Of a DNA stretch of 64,000 nucleotides, positions 49,818 to 58,383 are shown one piece after another; the stretch's first letter is position 1; each line of letters begins with the position of its first letter. Below the pieces are notes generated by a model. That model was not told where the DNA came from, ran no database searches, and worked only from the letters and a program-made list of their open reading frames with translations. Both the position numbers and the translations under genes were made by a program. Origin of the DNA: Hellea sp. (GTDB lineage: Bacteria; Pseudomonadota; Alphaproteobacteria; Caulobacterales; Maricaulaceae); the NCBI GenBank assembly GCA_028224375.1, contig JAOIVW010000014.1:8767-72766 (forward strand), given 5' to 3'.

Positions 49818-51707
49818 ATGTTGAAAAAAATAATGATGGGAAGCGCAGCGTTAAGCTTGGCTTTGCTAGCAGGTTGCGGAGATAAACCGCCCGTCAAAGA
49901 AGAGATGGTTATCACTAAGGTTGACGCGTCAACGGTTGAGCGCAATCCGACGAAAAATGCCTATTTCGGCGATTTGCATGTCCATACCAAAAATTCTTTC
50001 GATGCCTTTATTGTTGGCACGCGCACGAATGCTGATGATGCTTACCGCTTTGCGCAGGGCCAAGCGATTGATAATGGTGCGGGTAAATCCATCTCGCTCT
50101 CTGGGCCGCCGCTCGACTTTTACGGCGTCACAGATCACGGCGAATATATGGGCGTAATTGCCGCCATGCGGGATAAGAAAAACCCCATCTCAAAATCCGC
50201 AACGGCGAAATCGATCTTTGGCCTCACGGCAGGCGGGTTTCAGCAGCGCCGCGAAGCCTTTATCAAAATTGGCACCACGATTGTGACAGGCGAAGAGATA
50301 GACGACATTTATGACCGCGACTTCATTGATAGCGCTTGGGCGGAAAACGTTGCCGCCGCTGAGAAAAATAATCAGCCCGGGAAGTTCACAACCTTTGCGG
50401 CTTACGAATTTACGGCCATGGAAATCATTGGCGAAATTGTTGACAATGTCGGCGCGCTTAACCTGCACCGTAATGTTGTCTTTCGCGATGAAGCCCCGAA
50501 AAGACTTTTCTCAACATTGGACAGTACGAACCCTGAAGATTTGTGGACGTGGATGAACAGTGAGCGGGCCGCTGGACGAGACGTTCTCGCAATCCCTCAT
50601 AATTCTAATGGGTCTAACGGGCAGATGTTTGATATTGCTATGACGGACGGGCGAAATTTTACGCGCGACTACGCCGTTAATCGAATAAAAAACGAACCCA
50701 TTATCGAAATCAGCCAAGTTAAAGGGACATCGGAAACTCACCCGCTATTATCCCCGCGCGATGAATGGGCCGACCATGAATTATATGACGTGTTGATTGG
50801 CTCGCCTGTAAAGTCCGAAATTAAAACGGGCAGCTTCGCGCGGCAATCCCTAGGCCGAGGCTTAGACATTGAAGAAAAACTCGGGGCCAATCCTTATGAA
50901 TTTGGCTTTATCGGCAGTACGGATGATCACGTCAGTGCGTCGTCTGTGTCTGAGAAAGATTTCTTTGGAAAATTTTCATCTGATTTGGACTTAAAAATCC
51001 GCAAGTCAGTTCCCCCGGACGGTAAAAAAACATGGGATGCATCCGCTGATGACGAAGACCTTGTGACGGCAACCTCGCAATATGCGGCGGCGGGCCTCGC
51101 TGGGGTTTGGGCAGAGGCGAATACGCGCGAGGATATTTTCGATGCGATGGCCGCAAAGGAAAGTTTTGCCACATCTGGTCCGCGTATTCGTGTGCGGTTC
51201 TTTGCCGGTGATTATGAGACGGATATGTTGTCTGCGGGCGACATGGTCGAGCAGGCCTATGCGCGCGGCGTGCCCATGGGCGGAAGGGTTGAGGCTGATG
51301 AAGGCTCTCCCGATTTTATTGTCTGGGCCATGCGGGACGCGAATAGTGTGCCGTTGCAGCGCGCGCAGATTGTCAAAGTCACATCAAGCGGCGAGATGGT
51401 TTATGATGTCGCCTGCGCAGATGGCTCGCCGCCTGATACGGCGACACATCGCTGCGCAGATAATGGCGCAAGCGTTGACCTTAGCACCTGCGATACATCT
51501 GGTGACGGCGCGGTTGAGCTTAAGACTGTGTGGCAAGACCCTGATTGGCAGTCGGGTCAGGCTGCGAGCTATTATGTTCGCGTGCTTGAAAACCCAAAGT
51601 GTCGTTGGAGTACATGGGATGCTGTGCGTAACGGGACGCCGCCCAGTCCAAAGATGCATGCAACCTTGCAAGACCGCGCGTGGAGTTCGCCTATCTGGGT
51701 AAAATAG
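49818..51707 (+). CDS. DUF3604 (PHP-fold) lipoprotein
   Basis: Lipobox LLAGC; GDLHVHT, VTDH, LHRNVVFR, IPHNSN, GSTDDH, AWSSPIW. Confidence 0.85.
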   Translation: MLKKIMMGSAALSLALLAGCGDKPPVKEEMVITKVDASTVERNPTKNAYFGDLHVHTKNSFDAFIVGTRTNADDAYRFAQGQAIDNGAGKSISLSGPPLDFYGVTDHGEYMGVIAAMRDKKNPISKSATAKSIFGLTAGGFQQRREAFIKIGTTIVTGEEIDDIYDRDFIDSAWAENVAAAEKNNQPGKFTTFAAYEFTAMEIIGEIVDNVGALNLHRNVVFRDEAPKRLFSTLDSTNPEDLWTWMNSERAAGRDVLAIPHNSNGSNGQMFDIAMTDGRNFTRDYAVNRIKNEPIIEISQVKGTSETHPLLSPRDEWADHELYDVLIGSPVKSEIKTGSFARQSLGRGLDIEEKLGANPYEFGFIGSTDDHVSASSVSEKDFFGKFSSDLDLKIRKSVPPDGKKTWDASADDEDLVTATSQYAAAGLAGVWAEANTREDIFDAMAAKESFATSGPRIRVRFFAGDYETDMLSAGDMVEQAYARGVPMGGRVEADEGSPDFIVWAMRDANSVPLQRAQIVKVTSSGEMVYDVACADGSPPDTATHRCADNGASVDLSTCDTSGDGAVELKTVWQDPDWQSGQAASYYVRVLENPKCRWSTWDAVRNGTPPSPKMHATLQDRAWSSPIWVK

Positions 51708-51767
51708 CTCAAGCGTCTGCCAAGATGTATCTGCCTATAATGGGCCTTTAGTCCTGAATGTAAAAAT

Positions 51768-51843
51768 TACGCAATTCACGACTATAAAGCCCAAAAATTA
51801 TCGATTTGCGTAGAAAAAGGCAAATTGAACTGCGCATTATTCG
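51768..51843. promoter_or_regulatory. Operator array F (3 boxes) upstream of the Lrp/AsnC pair
   Basis: TACGCAATTCACG (51768), ATCGATTTGCGTA (51800), TGCGCATTATTCG (51831). Confidence 0.8.
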
Positions 51844-51923
51844 ACTTTTGAGTTATCTCCCTCTAGAGTTGTTTGCCGGCGCGAGTTATATTAAGGCAGC
51901 GGCGAAACGTAAAAGGACCCTAC

Positions 51924-52388
51924 ATGACTGAGAGTAATTTCCAGTTTAGCGATTTAGATAATTCTATTATCGCAATCCTGAAAAAAGATGGACGCACAAG
52001 CAATCAGAAAATTGCCGATGAGCTCGGCGTCACGACATCTATGGTTGCCACGCGTATTCGGCGCATGGAGCAATCCAAGGCGATGAAAGTCGTGGCGGTT
52101 TCAGACTTTTCCGCTTTTGATTACAACGTCCTTCTGCCAATCGGTGTGGATGTAAAAGGACGCCGCGCTAACGATGTGGCTGATGATATCGCCAAATTGG
52201 ATGAAGTGGCCTCAGTTCAACTCGTAACAGGTAAACATGATATCGAAATTCTTGTGACCTTATCCAGCATGGATAAAATGTCTGACTTTTTGCTTAGTAA
52301 ATTATCGCAAATTAAAGGGGTGCGCAGCCTCGATCCCAGCTTTGCCGTTGATATCATTAAATATGATTTCGACGTGGCCCCGATTTAA
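51924..52388 (+). CDS. Lrp/AsnC family regulator (paralogue 1)
   Basis: DLDNSIIAILKKDGRTSNQKIADELGVTTSMVATRIRRM HTH; VTGKHDI RAM domain. Confidence 0.9.
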   Translation: MTESNFQFSDLDNSIIAILKKDGRTSNQKIADELGVTTSMVATRIRRMEQSKAMKVVAVSDFSAFDYNVLLPIGVDVKGRRANDVADDIAKLDEVASVQLVTGKHDIEILVTLSSMDKMSDFLLSKLSQIKGVRSLDPSFAVDIIKYDFDVAPI

Positions 52389-52394
52389 GAGGCG

Positions 52395-52892
52395 ATGATG
52401 AGAGACTATAAAATAGACGACCTTGATCAGCAAATCATTCAGCTTTTGTCTGATGATGCGCGGCTCTCTAATCGTAAGATTGCAACACAGCTTGGCTTTA
52501 CGGAGGGGACTATCCGTTCGCGGGTCAAGCGTCTCGAAGATGAGAATTATATTCGCTTTACGGCGGTGACAAATATGTCTCATTTGGATACGCCGCAGCT
52601 TGCTTACATAGGCATTCATGCAGAGCAAAATATGATAAAAGAGGTCGCTCAAAAAGTGGCTGAGCTGTCTGAAATCAATGCTGTGATTATTCTCTTGGGG
52701 CGTTTTGATATTTTGGCAATTGGCCTGTTTGAAGGCCTCTCAGCCGTCCACCAAATCGCAAGTAACAAGATATTAGACCTCAAAGGGGTTCGCCTTGTTG
52801 AAACCTCTGTGGTCGTGGATGTGATTAAATATGATAACCGCGTGGCCAAAATCATGACGCCGATTGCAGAATATAAGGCCGCGGCAGAATAA
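52395..52892 (+). CDS. Lrp/AsnC family regulator (paralogue 2)
   Basis: DDLDQQIIQLLSDDARLSNRKIATQLGFTEGTIRSRVKRL HTH; LGRFDI RAM domain. Confidence 0.92.
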   Translation: MMRDYKIDDLDQQIIQLLSDDARLSNRKIATQLGFTEGTIRSRVKRLEDENYIRFTAVTNMSHLDTPQLAYIGIHAEQNMIKEVAQKVAELSEINAVIILLGRFDILAIGLFEGLSAVHQIASNKILDLKGVRLVETSVVVDVIKYDNRVAKIMTPIAEYKAAAE

Positions 52893-53341
52893 TGCTAAGC
52901 CAGCAAGAGATGTCAGACCGTCTTGAGATACAAGACTTGCTGGCTGTCTATTGCGAAGCCATTGATGGCCGAGACTGGGCGGCGCTCGATGATATTTTCA
53001 CAGCTGATGCGATAATCGATTATACCGAGGCAGGCGGGGCTAAAGGAAACCTTACCGACACAAAAGCTTATCTCGCTAAAGCCTTAAAGCCCTTTGCAGG
53101 TATGCAACATATGCTCGGCTTGCCTGTTATAAAGATAAAGGGCGATAAGGCTAAAGTGCGAACCACTACCTTTAATCCGATGGTGATTGAGCAAGATGGC
53201 AAACCGCATATCTTCTTCGTTGGGCTTTGGTATTGTGATGAGCTTATCCGCACAGAGCAGGGGTGGCGCATTCAGTCCCGCCGTGAAGAAGTCAGCTATT
53301 TCCATAACCTGCCAGAGAATTTCGCGCCCGTTGATCCTTAA
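52892..53341 (+). CDS. NTF2/SnoaL-like protein
   Basis: DRLEIQDLL..YCEAIDGRDW, QHMLG, WYCDEL.RT..GWRI. Confidence 0.85.
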   Translation: MLSQQEMSDRLEIQDLLAVYCEAIDGRDWAALDDIFTADAIIDYTEAGGAKGNLTDTKAYLAKALKPFAGMQHMLGLPVIKIKGDKAKVRTTTFNPMVIEQDGKPHIFFVGLWYCDELIRTEQGWRIQSRREEVSYFHNLPENFAPVDP

Positions 53342-53832
53342 GCTTTGTGCAGCTTCTCTGCATGAGCCTTGAGCGCGTGGGCCGTTTCGTCAAAGGCTTG
53401 TTTCACCCATGGACCTGCAAAGCGCATGACGTGAATGCCGTTTGGTCCGCGAAACTCATCGGTTGAATAATATTTACAGCTTTCTGGCCCCGTGGCTTCG
53501 ATGTATTGATCGCGCCGCGCGGGGTAGGGCCAAGCATCATAATGAGGCAAGGCCCAGCTGATTTGCTTTTCGGGCTCAAAGGCGCAGATATATTCGGTAT
53601 TTTCGAAAAACTCAGGCTCGCAATTCACATAGCTTTTAAGCTTCATTTTGACCGCCGCGCCCATTTCAAGCGTGCTTTCACATTCCACGCAAAATGGATT
53701 CCAGTCAGGATATTTGGGCATGTCGAGCAAGATGTCCCAGACCAGTGATGCGGGGGCGTTAATCTCCACAGTTTCGGAGACAACAATGGCGTCAGGGTCT
53801 AAGGCTGTGAGGGGGTCATTTTCTTTAAACAT
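53338..53832 (-). CDS. SRPBCC/START-domain protein
   Basis: VEINAPASLVWDILLDMPKYPDWNPF, ALKAHAE. Confidence 0.82.
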   Translation of the reverse strand: MFKENDPLTALDPDAIVVSETVEINAPASLVWDILLDMPKYPDWNPFCVECESTLEMGAAVKMKLKSYVNCEPEFFENTEYICAFEPEKQISWALPHYDAWPYPARRDQYIEATGPESCKYYSTDEFRGPNGIHVMRFAGPWVKQAFDETAHALKAHAEKLHKA

Positions 53833-53845
53833 TTTCGTCTCTCAA

Positions 53846-54316
53846 TTAACTCTCTATCGCCCATTTGGCCGTAGGTGTTTCATTGGCCAATGTGCCGTCC
53901 ACAATCGTGCGCGGTGTAGATTTCGTGTAGCAAATGCGCCAGCCCTCGGCTGTGTTGCGGTAACGATCTTCGTAAAAACTCGCCAGCATACGAAAGCTCT
54001 TTTCGCGCGGATCATAGGTCGCAAAGCCGAGGTTCCAGTGACCTGTCGCATTATCGCCGTCAATTTCTATCTCGCCATTATGGCCATGATGCACATCGAC
54101 AATGGGCGTGGTTGCGGCCATCTGAGTAAAAATACCCATAAGGCCGTCCAAGTCAAAACTGCCCAAGGGTGGAAATTCAATTTCGGCGTCTTCGGTAAAG
54201 CAGGCGCGAATAGCCTCTACATCTTTGGCATCACAGGCATTGAGATACCGCGCTTTTAATTTGCGAATATCGCTCTCAGCTTCAAGTTTTGCGATGCGGG
54301 CTTCTAGATCAGACAT
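53846..54316 (-). CDS. NTF2/SnoaL-like protein (BaiE/LinA-like)
   Basis: KARYLNACDAKD, VHHGHNGEI, ATGHW, YEDRY. Confidence 0.82.
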   Translation of the reverse strand: MSDLEARIAKLEAESDIRKLKARYLNACDAKDVEAIRACFTEDAEIEFPPLGSFDLDGLMGIFTQMAATTPIVDVHHGHNGEIEIDGDNATGHWNLGFATYDPREKSFRMLASFYEDRYRNTAEGWRICYTKSTPRTIVDGTLANETPTAKWAIES

Positions 54317-55382
54317 TGATAAGCTCCACTTTGGGAATGGGATGGTCTTTGGCCCCCGTCCAGCGCCAGAGCATGGTGCCGCGATGATGAGCCGCCGTAT
54401 CTATATGATTTTTTGGCCAATGACCGTCTTTCGGTTTGGCCAAAACGGTCACTGTGACGGTGCCATCATCATTCAGCTGGGCCAATTCGTTATTCGTGTG
54501 AATTGTGTGATGGCGATAATCGAGGCTCTCCATCCAGATATTATTGATTTGGAAATTCCAGCCTTCGCACTCGGGGATGGAGGAAGTGATGCGCAAAGCT
54601 TGACCCTCTTCTAGCTCCCACCAGCCATGCAGATAATAAATCATCGGATCGCCGCCCGCTTTGAAAAACATGGATTGATCGACGGTATTGAGGGTGTTTT
54701 TATTCTCGCGTTTAAAAAGCTCGGCCCATTGCAAAAATATCGCTGATGTGCCGCCAATAAATGCAGGCACGCGGGCAAGGGATGAAGATAGAGAGTCCGC
54801 CGATAAAGGCGCTGGGTATGAGGGGGCGTCAATAGCCTCTATTGTAACCGTTGCAGGCGTCTCGGCGGCGCGATTAAAGAATGTCTGCCGAACGATGAGG
54901 ATAGACGAGTCTTCTGACAGCGGGAGCCAATTTCCGGGGCGCTTATCTCGGCTAACAATAATCTCAAATGACCCATCCGCCTCTAAGGTCACATCTCTTA
55001 TATCAAGCTCGCCTGTTGAGGCCATACTGCCGTCAATCGCATAGCGATTGGCTTTGGTACCAAAGCTGAGAATAGGAACGCTGCCGCGCTGCCCGCGAAT
55101 ACGGTAACTATGCGCGCCGGAGATGGTTGCGTTTTGATAGAAGTTGTCAGGATTATCTGAGCCGATTTTGGCCGTCGCGTGGGACGCTTGATAGAAACTT
55201 GGAAAAGCCGGGTCTGCATTTTCAAGATGCATGTCCAGCCCCACGCGTAAAAGCCGCGTGAGATATCTGACGCCTTCCGCTTCGTCTAATTCTGAACTTG
55301 CTAAGTTTGAGCCTATAACGTGCTCACCCGCAGCTTCCAGCTTTTGGCAAAACTCTTTCCATAACGCAGATATGTCGCTCAT
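54309..55382 (-). CDS. DUF1214-domain protein (Rv3531c-like)
   Basis: AEGVRYLTRLL, KIGSDNPDNFY, YRIRGQRG, WMESLDYR; start MSDISA coupled to the SDR stop (TAATG). Confidence 0.78.
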   Translation of the reverse strand: MSDISALWKEFCQKLEAAGEHVIGSNLASSELDEAEGVRYLTRLLRVGLDMHLENADPAFPSFYQASHATAKIGSDNPDNFYQNATISGAHSYRIRGQRGSVPILSFGTKANRYAIDGSMASTGELDIRDVTLEADGSFEIIVSRDKRPGNWLPLSEDSSILIVRQTFFNRAAETPATVTIEAIDAPSYPAPLSADSLSSSLARVPAFIGGTSAIFLQWAELFKRENKNTLNTVDQSMFFKAGGDPMIYYLHGWWELEEGQALRITSSIPECEGWNFQINNIWMESLDYRHHTIHTNNELAQLNDDGTVTVTVLAKPKDGHWPKNHIDTAAHHRGTMLWRWTGAKDHPIPKVELINV

Positions 55383-56161
55383 TACGGCGCCATATATTGG
55401 CCGCCATTGACGTCCAGCGTCGCGCCGGAAACAACATTGGCGTAGTCGGAAACAAAATAGAGAACGGCTTTGGCGCAATCTTTTTCAGGCGGAATAATGC
55501 CGAGCGGAATGCGGCTCGTAATTTCGCCTACCACGTCATCGCGGTCTCTACCACCTGCGACTTGGGCATCGATATATCCCATGACGGGCGCGCCGCCAAT
55601 CCAGCCCATGCGGCAGGCATTTACGCGCACACCAAAACGGCCAAAGTCTTGCGCCATATGTTTTGATAACACGCCGAGACCACCTTTGCTTGCCGCATAA
55701 GCCGCTTCGCCGGGGAAGGGGTTGACCGTGGCCATGGTGGAGACATTGACAATGGCCCCGCCGCCCGCCTCTTTCATCGCGGGTAGAACGGCTTGTCCCA
55801 TCCGCAATGCGCCAAGGCAGTTCACATCATAAACAGCCGCCCATTCTTCCGCGTCGGCAACATCGCTTGTCGCCCAAGATCCATGGTTGTAGGCACTGTT
55901 GACGAGCCCATCTATGCGGCCAAACTTATCTTGAACGGCTTTGGCCAGAGCTTGGCATTGCGCAGCATCGGTGACATCAGTCGAAAGCGCCACAGCCTCG
56001 CCGCCGGCCTCCGAAATCTCTTTGGCAATTTTATCAAGATAGTCCTGATTGCGCGCGCCAAGGCCGACTTTGGCCCCTTCTGCGGCGGCAATTTTGGCCA
56101 TATTTTGCCCCATGCCAGGGCCAACGCCGCTAATGATTATAACTTTATCTTTGAGTAACAT
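55382..56161 (-). CDS. SDR oxidoreductase (Rv3530c-like)
   Basis: MLLKDKVIIISGVGPGMG, YAASK, GWIGG.PV, GATLDVNGG. Confidence 0.88.
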   Translation of the reverse strand: MLLKDKVIIISGVGPGMGQNMAKIAAAEGAKVGLGARNQDYLDKIAKEISEAGGEAVALSTDVTDAAQCQALAKAVQDKFGRIDGLVNSAYNHGSWATSDVADAEEWAAVYDVNCLGALRMGQAVLPAMKEAGGGAIVNVSTMATVNPFPGEAAYAASKGGLGVLSKHMAQDFGRFGVRVNACRMGWIGGAPVMGYIDAQVAGGRDRDDVVGEITSRIPLGIIPPEKDCAKAVLYFVSDYANVVSGATLDVNGGQYMAP

Positions 56162-56259
56162 GCGTAATGTGTAGCGCAGTATTTTACGAATATGAAATAA
56201 AATCTTTCAAATACTCTCTGATTGCGTAGTAATCATCATAAATAAAAACGCAAAGGCGG
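56154..56259. promoter_or_regulatory. Operator array G (4 boxes, 31-bp period) in divergent promoter
   Basis: AGTAACATGCGTA (56154), TACGAATATGAAA (56185), CTCTGATTGCGTA (56216), AACGCAAAGGCGG (56247). Confidence 0.85.
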
Positions 56260-56265
56260 TATAGA

Positions 56266-57411
56266 GTGGTTCCTGATAGAGAGAGTTTGGTTGCGCAGGC
56301 CATAGAGCAGACGGGCTTGAGTGATTTTAGCGATAGTTGGTTCTTTGCCAATATTGACGCGCTTATCCCGTCTTTGAATGCTCAGGCAAAATTAAGTCCT
56401 GAAGGCATATACGGGGCGCAGCATATGATTGTCTCGGGGCTGGTCAATCGCCTGCGTCATGTGCAGCTCTTAAAAGACAATCCTGAGATTTTGGACGAGA
56501 CCGTTAATGTGACCGCTGTGCTGACGGGGTTGCCGCGCACAGGCAGTACCATGCTGCATAGGATGCTGGCCGCCGCGCCGCAATTAACGGGTGTGCGCTG
56601 GTATGAAACGCAAAATTATGTCCCGCTTGACGGCGAAGTACGAGGCGAGCCGGCGCCAAGGCTGGAGGCCGCGAAGGGCGTGCTGGCCTACATGCTCGAA
56701 GCCATTCCAGAGCTTATGTCCATTCACCCCATGGATATCCAGCAGCCTGATGAAGAGGTTATCATTTTGGGCCAGCTTTTTTCTAGCTCTATGATTGAAA
56801 GCACATATTTCGTGCCCGATTATGCGGCGTGGCTCTCAAAACAAGACCCGCGAAAAGCCTATGAAGACCTCATAGAAATTCTCCAATCTTTGCAGTGGCA
56901 GGACCCGTCGCGCAAAGGCAAAAGCTGGGTGCTGAAAACGCCAGGTCATCTTATGGGATTGCAAACCGTATTAGATGTTTTTCCCGACGCTAAAATCGTC
57001 ATGACACATCGCGACCCTGCTTCGACAATTCCGTCTTATTGCTCTATGGAGGCAAGTCTTTACAAAATGGGCTCAACGGATATTTCAAATGTAGAAATTG
57101 GGACTTATTGGATGGCGCGATTGAAAGAGTGGCTGGATAATTTTATTGCCGTTCGCGCGCGCGCCGATTCCAGCCGTTTCATTGATGTGAATTACAAAGA
57201 CTTACTCACAAACCCTGCGGAGACTGGCTTAGCTGTTCTCAAAGCCGCAGGGTTGCACGAGAGTTCTGAAATCAGAGACGGCATGGAAGACTGGATCGAA
57301 GCCAATCGCCGCGAGCATCGCGCCGCGCATAAATATAGTCTAGAGGATTTCGGTCTAGATGCTGAAGATATTGGCGCAAAATATCATGACTATATTTCTC
57401 AATATGTGTAG
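56266..57411 (+). CDS. PAPS-dependent sulfotransferase family protein (Rv3529c-like)
   Basis: GLPRTGSTMLH 5'-PSB loop, WVLKTPGH, FPDAKIVMTHRDP...SYCS, YSLEDFGL. Confidence 0.87.
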   Translation: MVPDRESLVAQAIEQTGLSDFSDSWFFANIDALIPSLNAQAKLSPEGIYGAQHMIVSGLVNRLRHVQLLKDNPEILDETVNVTAVLTGLPRTGSTMLHRMLAAAPQLTGVRWYETQNYVPLDGEVRGEPAPRLEAAKGVLAYMLEAIPELMSIHPMDIQQPDEEVIILGQLFSSSMIESTYFVPDYAAWLSKQDPRKAYEDLIEILQSLQWQDPSRKGKSWVLKTPGHLMGLQTVLDVFPDAKIVMTHRDPASTIPSYCSMEASLYKMGSTDISNVEIGTYWMARLKEWLDNFIAVRARADSSRFIDVNYKDLLTNPAETGLAVLKAAGLHESSEIRDGMEDWIEANRREHRAAHKYSLEDFGLDAEDIGAKYHDYISQYV

Positions 57412-57420
57412 TCTGAAACT

Positions 57421-58383
57421 ATGCTGCGATCTCAAATCATAATCGCTTTTTCTATTCTCTTAGTGGCGTGCCAAGGCGATGTGAAATCTAAATCTGCTGC
57501 AGTGCAAACAAATGCCGATTGGGTGTCCTTGACTGGCGGCTGTTTCAATATGGGAGATACGCGGATATATCGCGAAGAGGGCCCTATTACTGAAGAGTGT
57601 CTAGAACCTTTTGAAATGTGGTCTCATGAAGTGTCTAACGCTGAGTTTGCGGCCTTCGTCAAAGCCACACGATATAAGACCCGCGCCGAACGCGGCTGGG
57701 AGGCTAAGGTTAAAGCAGGCCCCGGTGTTGATATGGCCCCGGGCTCAGCTGTCTTTGTCCTGCCTAAAGACCCGGAAAATATGAATTGGTGGACATTGAT
57801 AGATGGCGCAAATTGGAAAAACCCTCTTGGGCCAGAGAAGGGGGGGTATGACCCATCTGCGCCCGTGGTTCATATCACGCGCGAAGATGCGCAAAACTAT
57901 ACGAAATGGGCGGGCGGGCGATTGCCCAGCGAAGCCGAGTGGGAATATGCGGCGCGCGGCGGATTAAACGGTGAACTTATGAGTTGGGCGGACGCGGAAG
58001 AAGCTGCGTTGAAAGACAAAGCTAATACATGGGAAGGCGTATTCCCTGTAATAAATTCAGAGGATGACGGTTATGCGGGCCTAGCGCCTGTGGGTAGTTA
58101 TCCTCCTAATGGGTTTGGCTTGCACGATATGATTGGCAATGTCTGGGAGTGGACGTCATCGAGCTACTACCCGACACACGCGCCGGGCGAAGCTACTAAG
58201 ATATATCCTAATGGCTATGACCCAGCTCAGGGCGACATTCCTGTTGGCGTGATTAAAGGCGGCTCATTCCTGTGTGCGCGCTCTTATTGTTTCCGTTACC
58301 GCCCCGCCGCAAGACAGCCGCAAGACCTTATTTTCGGGACATCCCATATTGGGTTTCGTATCGTACGGGATAAGCAAGGTTAG
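57421..58383 (+). CDS. Formylglycine-generating enzyme (sulfatase-modifying factor), lipoprotein signal
   Basis: RLPSEAEWEYAARGG, PPNGFGLHDMIGNVWEW, GGSFLCARSYCFRYRPAAR with both Cys; lipobox LLVAC. Confidence 0.9.
   Translation: MLRSQIIIAFSILLVACQGDVKSKSAAVQTNADWVSLTGGCFNMGDTRIYREEGPITEECLEPFEMWSHEVSNAEFAAFVKATRYKTRAERGWEAKVKAGPGVDMAPGSAVFVLPKDPENMNWWTLIDGANWKNPLGPEKGGYDPSAPVVHITREDAQNYTKWAGGRLPSEAEWEYAARGGLNGELMSWADAEEAALKDKANTWEGVFPVINSEDDGYAGLAPVGSYPPNGFGLHDMIGNVWEWTSSSYYPTHAPGEATKIYPNGYDPAQGDIPVGVIKGGSFLCARSYCFRYRPAARQPQDLIFGTSHIGFRIVRDKQG

Noticed and set aside
51924-52892. Tandem Lrp-like genes as AhbA/AhbB or NirDLGH siroheme decarboxylase
   Set aside because: No HCYxR-type motif or heme-biosynthesis context; both have ordinary HTH + RAM architecture.
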